In this document: one piece after another, positions 40,143-51,820 of the stretch | Layout: every line of letters begins with the position of its first letter | Numbering within the stretch: position 1 is the stretch's first letter | Notes under the pieces: generated by a model | What the model was told of the DNA's origin: nothing | Databases searched by the model: none | The model's input: only the letters and a program-made list of their open reading frames with translations | Made by a program: the position numbers and the translations under genes | Origin: Lama glama | Lineage: Eukaryota | DNA length: 64,000 nt | Direction of reading: 5' to 3' | Assembly: GCA_028534125.1 (NCBI GenBank) | Contig: CM052817.1 | Coordinates: 58,592,001 to 58,656,000, forward strand

Positions 40143-41549
40143 GCCTAATTGTGGTTGTTCCTTCATCTATACTTGAATGATCCTCACTCTGAAAAAACTA
40201 TACAGTACATACGATTCCCATTTTATGAAGAAAGCTCTGAACAGCAGTGTAGCTCAGAACTGAGGTACACTGGTTTTGTGTTCATGCAGACTTTGGTTTA
40301 CTTCAGTTATAATTTTCTAGTTCCACAGTATAGAAAAGTTGTTAAAACACTGAAAAATGTGGTTAAGAAGTCCTTCCTGGTAAAAATGTTGTGGGTCTCC
40401 ACTGACGAAGTATGCAAAGAATCTGGGACTATTTCAGAATTTCAACAAATTATAGTTCTGTTATTAGTAGTTGATTTCTTCAAGATCACACAACTAAATT
40501 GTAACACAGCAAAGACTCAAATGCAAGTCTTCTCTGTCTCCATTGAGTGACACTAAGAGGTAACATGAAAAACGTTGTTAGATTTGTAAGTGTTCTTCTG
40601 TATCAGCTGATAGTTTTTAAGATAGTTTCATGTTGTCTAATGACCCTCTCAAACTTCCCAGTTTTAGATTTAAATTAAATGAAAATGTAATTTAATTTAC
40701 AGAAGCTTGAAAACAAAAATTTTGTTTTGTCATGGAAATTAATTACACAGTTGGTCACCGTATGCAGGCATTCAGTACATAAGCAAACATTGAAAATTAT
40801 ATCTACTTCATAAGTTGAAAAAGCTGCTTTTCCCAAATTCCTGTATTTGCCATCCTAAAGACTCCTGCTTTACAATGTGCATAAAATGACTACTTGAAGA
40901 TGCTATGTGCATGCTGTTACTATCCATTAGTGCTCTAAAAAAGAACAAAGCATGACCTTGACTTCTTTCCTCACTTCCTAGCGCTGGTTTATGTTTTGTA
41001 GCTGTGATCTGTAGCTTCAGCTCATGTTCCTTGCTTTTTTGCAGCCTAGTTTTCTGACCTGCCAGGCTGCCTCAAACCACTGCTTACACTGATCCTTGTA
41101 CTGCACAGTGTTGAGTCTCTCTGCTTTTTCTCCTCCCCAGAATTCTACAGTTATGCCAGAATCCTTGAAAAAACATTCCTAAAGCAGTACTGTTTCTGTA
41201 TTCCTCATCATTGTCACAATTCAGCACCCCATAAAATGGGATATTACTATTTGTTGGATCTGCTGATATTAGGGATGTCTCTCTTTTCAGTTTTTACTAT
41301 CTTTAATAAAATACAAAACCAGAGAAGCCTTACTCCCCTTCTATTATGCAAACAATGTATATGCAATGCCAAGCAGTGCCCAATATTATTTACACTGTCC
41401 TTCCCCCTGTCTGAAGGTGGCATAAATGACCAGAGTCCAAGAGCTGTCTTAGCTGCCTTGTCCCAGGAGGATGGCAGAAGGGTGCCCACTACCCACAGCA
41501 AGCCCCTGCCAGTGCTAAGTTTTATGAGATTTAAAGATTCTTTGGATGG

Positions 41550-41942
41550 TAGGAGCTGACACACTGACATTTAAATATGAAAGAACCCTTTTTACTTATA
41601 TCTCCAAATGACTGCCAGGCAGGGTCATGCAGGAGATTGCCCCCTGGGGACAAAGTAACAGTAAATCAGAGCTACAGAAGGCAGTTTATATATGGCTAGT
41701 AGGATGGGATTAGCTCAGTTTCCAGCACTTTCTGAGGACTGGCTAATTAAAATAATTTTAAGAGCTCTGGGGCAGAGATGCTGTCTGTATTTGCCTGGTA
41801 CCTGGCCTAATGGGGCTCGTACATAACGGCCCTGGAGTGTGAGGGCCCCATAAAGAAAGTGTTTGGAATGTGGACTTGATCAGCCATTGGAGAAGAAGAA
41901 CTAATTGGCCTCTAGCCAGAGTCTCAAAACTAAGTCAAGATA
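41550..41942 (-). mobile_element. ERVL-type LTR (MER73/MER74/MER54-like group)
   Basis: ctggctaattaaaataattttaagagctctgggg...ctggtacctggcc...ggagtgtgagggcccc...ctctagccagagtctcaaaactaagtcaaga. Confidence 0.5.
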
Positions 41943-41957
41943 GGATTTTATTCTGCC

Positions 41958-42253
41958 TTTATTTTTTTTAAATTGACGTATAGTCAGTTTACAATGTTGT
42001 GTCAATTTCTGGTGTACAGCATAATAGTTCAGTCATACATATACATGCATATATTTGTTTTCATATTCTTTTTCATTATGGGTTACCACAAGATACTGAA
42101 TATAGTTTCCTGTGCTAGACAGTATAAACTTGTTGTTTTATCTATTTTACATATAGTAGTTAGCATCTGCAAATCTTGAACTCCCAATTTATCCCTTCCC
42201 ACCCTCTTCCCTCCTGGTAGCCATAAGTTTGTTTTCTGTGTCTGTGAGCCTGT
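41958..42253 (-). mobile_element. L1 3' end fragment (same family as 34051)
   Basis: Shares tatagtcagtttacaatgttgtgtcaatttctggtgtacagca with the 34051 copy; T-tract at left end. Confidence 0.85.
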
Positions 42254-45200
42254 ACCAAACAAATAAAACTGCTGTATTACATACTTATAGGTGAGGAAGA
42301 AGATGCATTTGATGTCTTTGGTTGCTTTTCCTTCCCAGAAACTAAAGTTTATAGTTATGCTCAAACATAATTCTTATTTTATTCAGGATGTTGGGAGGTA
42401 AGATGTCCCCTCCTTCTTACCTAACACTTCATGAAAAGCAAGTAAACATGACTTCACATCAGAGAAGGACTTCTAACAGGGTGTTTTTAACCATTAATTT
42501 TTTTTCTTGTATATTCTGCATTGTGGGAAGGATCACTAGGTTGCTTTCCCTGTTTAAGAAATACAACTATAATGTGACAAGTGTGCCTGTCTTCTGTGAG
42601 GAAAAAAAGTGCTGACTTCAGATAATCTCAAGACCTCTTAAAGATATTCATTTCTTCAAGAATTTTGTATCAAGCAAGTACAAAGGGACAAATTAGTATT
42701 ACTCTATCACTTGTTGACATTCTCTATTGAGAAGTTCATTGTTGATGAGGTTTTAAAGATATTTATGTCTTAAGTATATTTCCTAATTGATGGTGGTGAA
42801 ACCCATGGGTTTAGGAGATCGGGCAACTAATTTGCTATGGCTACTAACTCATTCTATGACACTGAGAAATTTGATTTTCATCCTTCTACCTGCCAAATAC
42901 TATCATTTTAAGAAGGCTTTAGAAAATGAAACACAAATGTTTGTTGTTTCCAATTTTCACCAAATAACTGTATGAAATAAAGAACAGAAAAGTGAAAACT
43001 TTGTGTAAATATCTTCTGTAGGGATTATGACTTAGGTTAATATGCTCTGTCCACTTACTGTATAGAAAAATTGATAAAGATGTAGAAGATTATGTTAGAA
43101 GAGTTATACAACCCAATTTTTTTCTTATTAATAGAAGAAGGTGAATCTAAAAGGACTCTAACAACTTGGAAAAGACAAGCATGTAGTCTCATGGAATTGT
43201 TGTAACATCTTAGCAAATTTCTTAGTGGAGGCTAATGTTTTTAACTATTACAAAAATCATCAAAATACAATGAATTCTGTGGAGAAGCTAATGAACACAA
43301 TTTAAGGGTCTTGGTATTATTATTAATGGTTTCCTTTTGTTTGACCTTTACTACAATTGTCTTCTCTGCTTCATTTCTATTCTTAAAGCCCTACTTAGCC
43401 TAGAAATGTTCAATAACTGGTCAAAAAAGATTCTGACAGCAAAAAAAATTCTGTACGTAAAAGTGCTTTATAAATGTTAAAGTCCATATAAAAATATAAG
43501 GTACTGCTATTATCTTGAGTGATGGAGATTAGTAAGAAGTTTTAAGATTTCCTAAGAGTAACACTTGCAAATGAAAAGATTATGCTGATCTCTTTAATTG
43601 CTTGAAATTCATAGATAGTATACCACTGTGTCAAGGGATAATGCTTGGGTTTCCTGATTTGATTTATATGATAAAAGATACATTTCTAAGATACTGTGCG
43701 CACCCTTTGAACACCTATTAGGCCTTTTTAAAATTTTTTTATTTCCATGAAAACAATATTTAGTAAGAAAGCACAGTTGTTGTAAATCAATGGAATGTTC
43801 ATCTCTTAAATCAGTGACTTTATAGTCAAACCTAGATGTTTTTAATTGAATGTTTCTAAAAAAATTTTTATTGCATTATCTAGCAATTCATACTGAAATG
43901 ATTTATAAAATATTTTTCAATTATTTTAAACTAAATAATAAAGAATTAGAGTTGTGTCTTTATTGAATTTGTTTTCAATGTTTGAAAAACAGATCCTCTC
44001 ATGGTCTTGTTTAGATGATTATACGCCTGCACTGATTTATTCCACTAGCTACCAGGTGTTGGAGATAGCATGCTACTTTAAAACTGAGTTTATATAAGTT
44101 ACAGGAGGTCAGTTATTTAGGCAGAGTAGCCAACTACATTATCAATTATTATACTTTATTGTGTTTTCTAATCTCTGCCCTGCTGTTCTCTCCTACCACA
44201 TTCCTATTTCTTCTCTCTCTCTCTTTTTTTTTTCACTTGTTCATAACAGTCTGTCCTTGTTTACACTGATAGCATTGTCAGTTTCCTTTACTTTTTTAAT
44301 CTTTTGAGCTTTTCACTTACAAGAATGAGGAAACTGCTTGTAAATCATAAAGAAAAGCCCTCCAGAGAGAAGAAAAGTCTATAAATAGAAAAAGTCATGA
44401 TGACTCAATACAAATTTTGATATATTTTTGTAACTGGTAGCCAAGAATCATATTCATAATTTTACCTGAGGAATTATGTGGAAGTTTGTGAGCTAGAAAT
44501 TATTATTTGATTTTTTTTATCTGCATTTCTAATTTCAGCGTAAGATCATTTTCAAGGTGATTTACAGACTCTACTTGCCTTTAATTTTTTGGCACTTGAT
44601 TTCTGTTCATACAAGTCTTAAATAATGAGGTGATTCTAATTCCAGGCAAAAATAAATTATAGAATATATGGGACTGGAGTCAGCTAACTGAATTTAGGAC
44701 AAATTACCCAAATATTCATTTCTCTGGCTCTAACTTTCCAAATTTAGAAAATAAAAGTACAAGAATAAGATAGTTTTTAATGAAATTTTATATTTGTATT
44801 TCTGATTCTCCAGTAGGATATACAATGAGAACATAAATATTTCTTTTATGCATGAAATGAGCTATTTGAAAGTTACACTAAATAGAACATAATTTAAATC
44901 CCCCATATCATAAATTAAATCACAGAATATTTTATTTTAAAAATTACCTGTATATATTTTTGTACAACTATAATGTGTCATGATTTATACCAATTCTAAT
45001 TCTAATGATTTGGAGTTTGTCCATACGTTCTGGTGATCTATGTAACAAATCATCTCAAAACTTAGTGGCTTACAACTATACTTTTGTTTTGTTCACTATT
45101 TTGTAAGTCAGAAATTTGGGAATGATTCAGCTCAGGCAGTCAACGTGAGAAGCTAGTGACCAAAGCCCCACCCAGAATTTTGCAAATATAGTGAGAATAT

Positions 45201-45488
45201 TGAGGCAATATTAATTCATTTGAGAGTCGTCTTCACTTGAGATTAAGTGTTGTTCAAGAGTTTTCATTTTGTGTGTTAGACAGGTGCTTCTGAATTTTGC
45301 CACGTATACATTTAACAACTAAAAACAAAACTCTAGGTAACTGAGATTCATCTGCAAAAATCATTCATAGAGAAGGTTTTTATAAGTTGGTTTCTGATAA
45401 CATATGATAAATATTTAATATGTGTTATTCCATAAATAAGTGCAAATGATATCAGCACCAACCTGATTTAAGGCTTGTGAGCTTATAA

Positions 45489-45648
45489 GGGGGGAGAGGA
45501 TAGCTTAAGTGGTAGAGTGCATGTGTAGCATGTACAAGGTCCTGGGATCAATCCTCAGTACCTCCTCTAAAAATAAATAAATGATTAAACCTAATTATCT
45601 CCCCCCTCAAAAAAAAAGTAATAAATTAAAAAAAATATTAAAAAAAAA
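45489..45648 (+). mobile_element. tRNA-derived SINE, camelid Vic-1 type
   Basis: ggggagaggatagcttaagtggtagagtgcatg...ggtcctgggatcaatcctcagtacctcc, A-rich tail; degenerate TSD tgtgagcttata / tgtgagattatg. Confidence 0.9.
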
Positions 45649-45872
45649 AAGGTGTGAGATTATGAACTTCTTGAAAAAGCTTCCCGGGGTGTGAGTGAGG
45701 GGGGAGGAAATCAGAGAATTATGGAAAGTGAGCATGTTTTTGGAAGAGCAAGTTTCTTTCAATTCCTATTAGCCATGATATAGGTAAATCTTCATTTTAA
45801 ACTAATTAATCAACAACATATTTACAAATTAATATACAAAAAACAATTGGTTATTAATTGTCAAATAACAAT

Positions 45873-46322
45873 CGGAGTAGGTTCAGGCTGAGGCTCAGAT
45901 CCCCTTTCAGTGAAGGACTTAATACCCAGCTGCAAGTCCTGCGGGTAGCTGACTGCCTTCAGCTGTTAGTGCCTTTAGGGCCTGCCTCAGCTCATCTCTG
46001 GGTGGGTCGAAGCAATGAGTTGAGTAACTGCAGCTGAGATCCAGTTAGTCTCGAGGCAGCTCCCAACCAATGACTGTGCAGCGGGTGGCACAAGGGCCCG
46101 CCCACTTCCCTTCTCGCGGGATTTCTCTCACGGGCGGCCTTGCTGTTGGCGCGCCTCGGTTAGCTGGCGGCGGTGGGTTCGTCAGGTAGGAGTCACGGCT
46201 GTTTCCCTGACCAGTTCTTATTCTTTTACTCTTCTTTTCATGCGGATTTACTCTTTAATAAATCTTTTGTACCCTTAACTCTACCTCAGTTTTTTGCTTC
46301 CTACAGAACCCAACCTGTGACA
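45873..46322 (+). mobile_element. LTR16A-like ERVL solo LTR (450 bp)
   Basis: ccttcagctgttagtgcctttagggcctgcctcagct; ccaatgactg; AATAAA 46257-46262; terminus gaacccaacctgtgACA; imperfect 5-bp TSD ACAAT (45868-45872) / ACATT (46323-46327). Confidence 0.75.
46060..46191 (+). promoter_or_regulatory. Candidate CpG-rich internal promoter / alternative first exon within the LTR16A-like element
   Basis: 13 CpGs in 46081-46200; CCAAT 46067-46071; GC boxes 46097-46103 and 46132-46137; TCTCGCGGGA 46112-46121; TTGGCGCG 46146-46153; donor CAG|GTAGGA (GT 46186-46187). Function is inferred. Confidence 0.5.
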
Positions 46323-47109
46323 ACATTGTAATTTATGAAGGGAGGTAGTTTTTCTTAAGTGCGATATTAAGCATGACTTTGTGAATATAAGTACTAATAC
46401 AGTAGCGTTATTGTTATTGGCTAGTTTATAGTCTGGAGTTATCGTCAACTTCCACAGTAATGTCCAGGGAGCCGAAAGAAGTTCATTAACTAGCTCAAAA
46501 CGCAGAGGGAGGTAAAGTAACGAGGATTTGACCCTAGATGTCTCTGATTCTAAGAGACATGATTGTTTTCTTACCTACCTTATGAGTCTGCTAAATTTTC
46601 TTTGCCTTGTGGAGCAAGCTAAGCCTTTTCACCACTAACTTGGTAAATTGTTACATTTAAATTTAGAATCTATGAAAACAAACATTAAAAAGCTCTACCT
46701 ACTAAGGCCCATGATTTAGGGAAGAAATAGGGCTGCTGCAAAATAAAAGGAACAGACAGGTAATTAGCGTCTCCCAGTCAGCTGTCTGTCTGCAAATGGA
46801 AGACGGTATTAATTTGAATCATGTGTTCTGTATTGCTTAGTAGAGGGAGTGGAAACTTAACATCCCGAGAAGCAGAATAAACAAATACTGTCTTCTGTAA
46901 TTCGTTAGCTATTTTCTTCCTTGTCAACTTAGGTAAAGTTACCCCATTCAGAAAAAGGAATTTTCCTAGTGTTTATACTGTTTATTTGGTAATTTTATGG
47001 GAAGCAAACGTGGACTTGAATATCTTAATGTGTGTCATTTGCAATGCTTGGTACTGGTAATATGCTAATGAAAGTCTGTCTGCTCAAGCAGTGGGGGTGG
47101 GGGACTAGT

Positions 47110-48120
47110 CTAATGAGGCTGGGAAACAAGCAAATGGCACTTGAAGTATTAGTACTGTATGAAATGATACATGATTTAGATGCAGTGGAGCATGCCCTCA
47201 CCCTCAAGGGAAACATAACTCAGCCAACAAAGGAAAGCTCCCTCCTGGAAAAAGGAATGATACTTGAAATACCTCCTAAATCCTGAGAAATTGGGGGATA
47301 GAGGGACGCAGTGGGTAGAAGGCAGTATAACCCAGAGATGTGCATGTGTGAAGCAAGGAGACGCAGTGCGACATTCTGCATCTTGGTTCTGTGGGGATGA
47401 GCACGGTTTGTAAGAAAACTAAATGAAAAACTGACGCTCCAGAAACAAGCAATAGCTGATAATGAAAGGCACCGTGTGCTATAGTAAAGAATATACTATA
47501 TATGATTAACTGTATTAAGAAACTATACAAAAAAGAAATAATGTAATTCTCATTTAGGAAAATATCTCTGGCAGATAGGGAAAGGGATAGACACAGAATC
47601 ATTTGGAGTCTTACTGTAGTAACATAAGAAGCAGTGGATACCTAGAGTAAATCAACGAGGAATAAAGAGGGATGAGTCCTAGAAATACCAAGGAAACAGA
47701 CATGAAAGAATTTGGTACCAGATTTGGTTCAGAGTGAGTATAAGCTGAAAATATACAATGACTTTCTGGTTATTTTAGGAAATAAGATAATGGGAGAAGT
47801 AAGTAGAAATGAAGTTTTGGAGTAGGAAAAAGATGTTGAGAAAGTTTGAGTTGGAATGTCTGTGAGACAGTACCGAGTATATGCTCACTAAATAGTTTAA
47901 TTTGTGTGTTGAATCTCGGAAGATAAGTCTAGATTAGGTATCTGTGAGAGTTATCCAGCATAGAATAATAGAGGTCATGGATGTGAATGTTTTGTGTACG
48001 TGTAGAGTGACAAGATTCAGTGCCCACAGAGAAAGCTCTAGTGAAAGGGACACGTTGCAGAGACATCATTAAAGATGAAGGCTATAACAAGGCCATTGAT
48101 TTGAGAATTAATAATTAACT
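47110..48120 (-). mobile_element. LINE-2 fragment(s)
   Basis: gcatgccctcaccctcaagg; gaaagaatttggtaccagatttgg; aagtttgagttggaatgtctgtgagaca; aggccattgatttgagaatta resemble reversed L2. Confidence 0.55.
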
Positions 48121-48498
48121 TTACATGCCATTTTGTTATAATTATGTCCTTTAATTATTTTTATTCCACAGATTATGTATGCACAGGAATGGGAAGACAG
48201 AATTGAAGATGAATCCTTGACTTCTCTTTTAGGGAACAAAATGGACAAAGGGAAATAAAAAGAAAAGTGAATCAGAAAAAAATGTGTTTAGACATCATAT
48301 ATAGCATAATATCTTTGAATACATCAGCTTGTATTGCAACATAGAGTATGTTGTGGAAAATACCACACCTTAGAGGAAATTTAAGTTTCATTAGTCAAAG
48401 GCAATTATCTCCTGCTGTGTGAAGCTAACTTTCCTTATCAAGAGCAAAGTGAAAGGACTAAGCCTATTTATTATGCTGTCTTTTTGATGTTTTTATAG

Positions 48499-48582
48499 GA
48501 TATCATGAAAGATGAATGCTCACTGCTGAAACTGCAGCTGAAAGAGAAGGATGAACTCATTTCCCAACTTCAGGAAGAACTG
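48499..48582 (+). CDS. CCSER1: Internal coding exon (84 nt, phase 0-0) of coiled-coil serine-rich protein 1; DIMKDECSLLKLQLKEKDELISQLQEEL
   Basis: Pyrimidine tract and acceptor tttttgatgtttttatAG|GAT (AG 48497-48498); donor CTG|GTAAGT (GT 48583-48584); 28 open codons with a 4-3 heptad pattern (M3,C7,L10,L14,I21,L24,L28). The peptide matches my recollection of human CCSER1 DIMKDECSMLKLQLKEKDELISQLQEEL. Too short to appear in the supplied ORF track. Confidence 0.88.
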
Positions 48583-51500
48583 GTAAGTGTGAACAATATC
48601 TGACGCACAAGTGTATTTTCCTTGCAAGCTAATTTGTTAGGAACCCTACAACAACTTTATTAACATGAATGTTATTAATCGTTTATAAACTATTAATGAT
48701 TCACTATGATTATCAATTTTATAATCCTACAGTAATGAGGTTTTGACAACCTGAAAATTAGAATGTTCTGTAGTATATATTTAGCTTTGTACAATTCCAG
48801 AAACAGATTACTGAACAAGAATTAGACATTTCAGTTGTACCTGTCAAATTATGAAAGCTAAACCCACGTTTTTTGTGAACTGCCAGATTTAACTTCAAAC
48901 TGCCATACCTAGAGATACAATCATGTAATATAAAGCAAAGTGCTCAGTTTTGCAAACAAAAACATTTTGCTTTTTTATAAAGCTACCAAAAATGCATAAA
49001 CTTAATAAGATTTTTTGTTAATAAAGATATATAAATCCAAATAATGTAAAATTTACAAAAAAATATGAAATATGTATAGTTCCATGTTTTCAGGGTTTTT
49101 TAATGTGATATCATAAAAAATGTAATCATACTGTCCTAACAACACATTTGGTAGGTAACAAGAATAGCAGGGGGCATTACTTTTCTAGGTATGTATTTTC
49201 AATTTATATATATGAATAGTATTTTGCAAGAAAACACATTTAATCGAGATATAAATAAAAATGAGTTGTCTAAAACAAAAATGAAAAAGCAATGAATTAT
49301 CTTTAAAAATTAAGAGCTCTTAATACCAGTAAAATAAAGATACACTATACAATAAGAGACCCTGACTCCTTATCAGGATCAAAAAACAAACCCTAATCAA
49401 TAATATTCTTTGATTTCAGATTTGAGTACACTAACAATGATGTATTAGGTAATTATTAAATACGATTAAATGACAAAATAGATCTTATTAGGCCATCAAG
49501 CGTCTGAGAACGTATTAGTGAGATAGCAGACAAATTTAGAGCATATTTTACTGACTCTCGACAACTGACAACATTTTTACTAAAACCAGACCTTTGACTG
49601 GGTTAATGCCAATTATTGGTCCCATGAACATATTTCCTTAGAAAACCCATAAACCAGTACTTAAAATAGTAATAATATTACAGGCAAAAGGAGCATGTCT
49701 TACATTACTGGGGGTAACTTTTTATAAGTAATTGATAATATAAGCTCAATTACATGAAAGCATTCCTATATTTAATATAACCCTATATATATATTTTATG
49801 TAATCAAGCTTTCTTTTGGTTGAGTAAAAATCATATATAGATATTTATGAGTGGATGCATAAAATCATCAGTTTAACCCAGCAGAAAATTTTGTTAAAGA
49901 ATGCTTATTTTGGACAATTAACTCAGAAATGTTCTTTTTTTCCCCCTTTCAACATTAGTTATGATGAGGTATAAAACTTAACATATATAAGAAATAAGAC
50001 CTTATTTGTTCTATGAAATGAAAAAGAAAATTCTTACTCCCAGAGCCAATGTTACATAGCTATAATTAAGGTAATTTAGTAACACTCCCTCCAGAAAGTC
50101 CTCTGTTGGTTGACTGAGTAAAATGAGGTGTAAATATTTTTTTCCTTTGAACATGGATTACCCAAATTGACCTCTTAGCCTCTAAAATTTTGCAGGTAAC
50201 AATCAAGGTACCATTTTAATTTTTTGTACTATGTATTTTGCATAGTCATCTTGAATAGTTCAAAAAGGAAAATTAACTTTTAGAAATAGTTTGTTTTAAA
50301 GAAGACTCTACCTAAAGAAGAAAATACACAGGTGATTTAAGAATTTAAGGAAGAAAAAATATTGTTAAAAAGAAAGTTATTAAAACTGAATTTGGAGCAT
50401 GGAGAAGTGGCAATCACATAAAAGTAAGGCACTTGGATCCATTGAAAATTAGGTCCTGGTGTTTCTGAATCTGATAAGTAACTTGTGACATTTTGGCAAG
50501 GTGGACATTAAACTTATTAACATCTATACCTTAACTTCCTAAATTTGAAAATTTCAAAACATTTTAGAAACCACGTTCTTGTACTCTAATTCATAACCTG
50601 TAATTTTAGTTTAGTTTGTCATGGGTTTCTCATATCTTAACTTCTATTGTCAAAACACTTCTATCTACATACACTTTTTAAATCTTTATACACTATATAT
50701 CAAATTTAAATGTAACTATGCCAATAAAGAATTTATATACAACTTAAGTAAAGTTGGAATTAAAAAACTTAGCCTCATTTTGATATTTTTAGGAGTTGTA
50801 TTAAAAAGTTAGGATCAGCGTAGGGTTGCGGAAAAATAAAGGTTTTATTTTACTTCTTAAATTTTTTGAGGTAGTGTTGGTATATGACACTGTATGTTTG
50901 ATGTGGAAAACATTACATTTCTGTTTCTGTAGAGTGTGCTCACCACCAAAAATTTAGTTTCCATCCATCACCATGCAGTTGACCCTTTACCCATTTCTCC
51001 TCCCTCAATTCTTCTTTTCCTCTGGGAACACTCTATTCTGTATATCTGTTTTGTTGGGTTTAGGCTTTTTTTATTTCTTTGGTTTTTTAATTACATGTAT
51101 AAGTGAAATCATATGGCATTTTTTTCATCTGATTTTTTTTCAATTAGCATAATACCCTCAAGGTCCATTCATGTTATTAAATAGCAAGATTTCATCTTTT
51201 TTATGGTTGAGTAATACTCCATTGTGCATATATGCTGTATCATCTTTATCCATTAATTTGTTGATTGGCACTCAGTTTCCATATCTTCACTATTGAGAAT
51301 AATGCTGCTTTGAACATAAAGGTAAATTTCTTTTTGTATTAGTGTTTTCATATTTTCTTGATAAATACCCAAAAGTGGAATTGCTGGATCATGTGGTAGT
51401 TCTGTTATTAATTTTTTGAGGAACCTCCATATTTTTCATTGTGGCTGCACCAACTTACATTTCCACCAACAGTGTATGAGGATTCCTTTTTCTTCACAAC

Positions 51501-51706
51501 CTGGCAAACACTTACTTCTTGCCTTTTTGATAATAGCCATTCTAACAAGCATGAGGTAATATCTCATTATGCTTCTGATGGGCATTTCCCTAATAGTGAC
51601 ATTTGAACATCTTTCCATGCATCTGTTGGCCACCTGTATGTTGTCTTTGGAAAAATGTCTATTTAGTTCTCTGCCCACTTTTTAATTGTGTGGTTTTTTT
51701 TTGATA

Positions 51707-51820
51707 ATGAGTTGTATGTGTTCTTTGTATATTTTGGATATTATCATACATATGACTTATAATATGAGTTGTATGTGTTCTTTGTATATTTTGGATATTA
51801 TGGTATATATGACTTATAAT
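51707..51820. repeat. 57-bp tandem duplication within the L1
   Basis: atgagttgtatgtgttctttgtatattttggatattat...atatgacttataat at 51707-51763 and 51764-51820, 3 mismatches. Confidence 0.9.
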
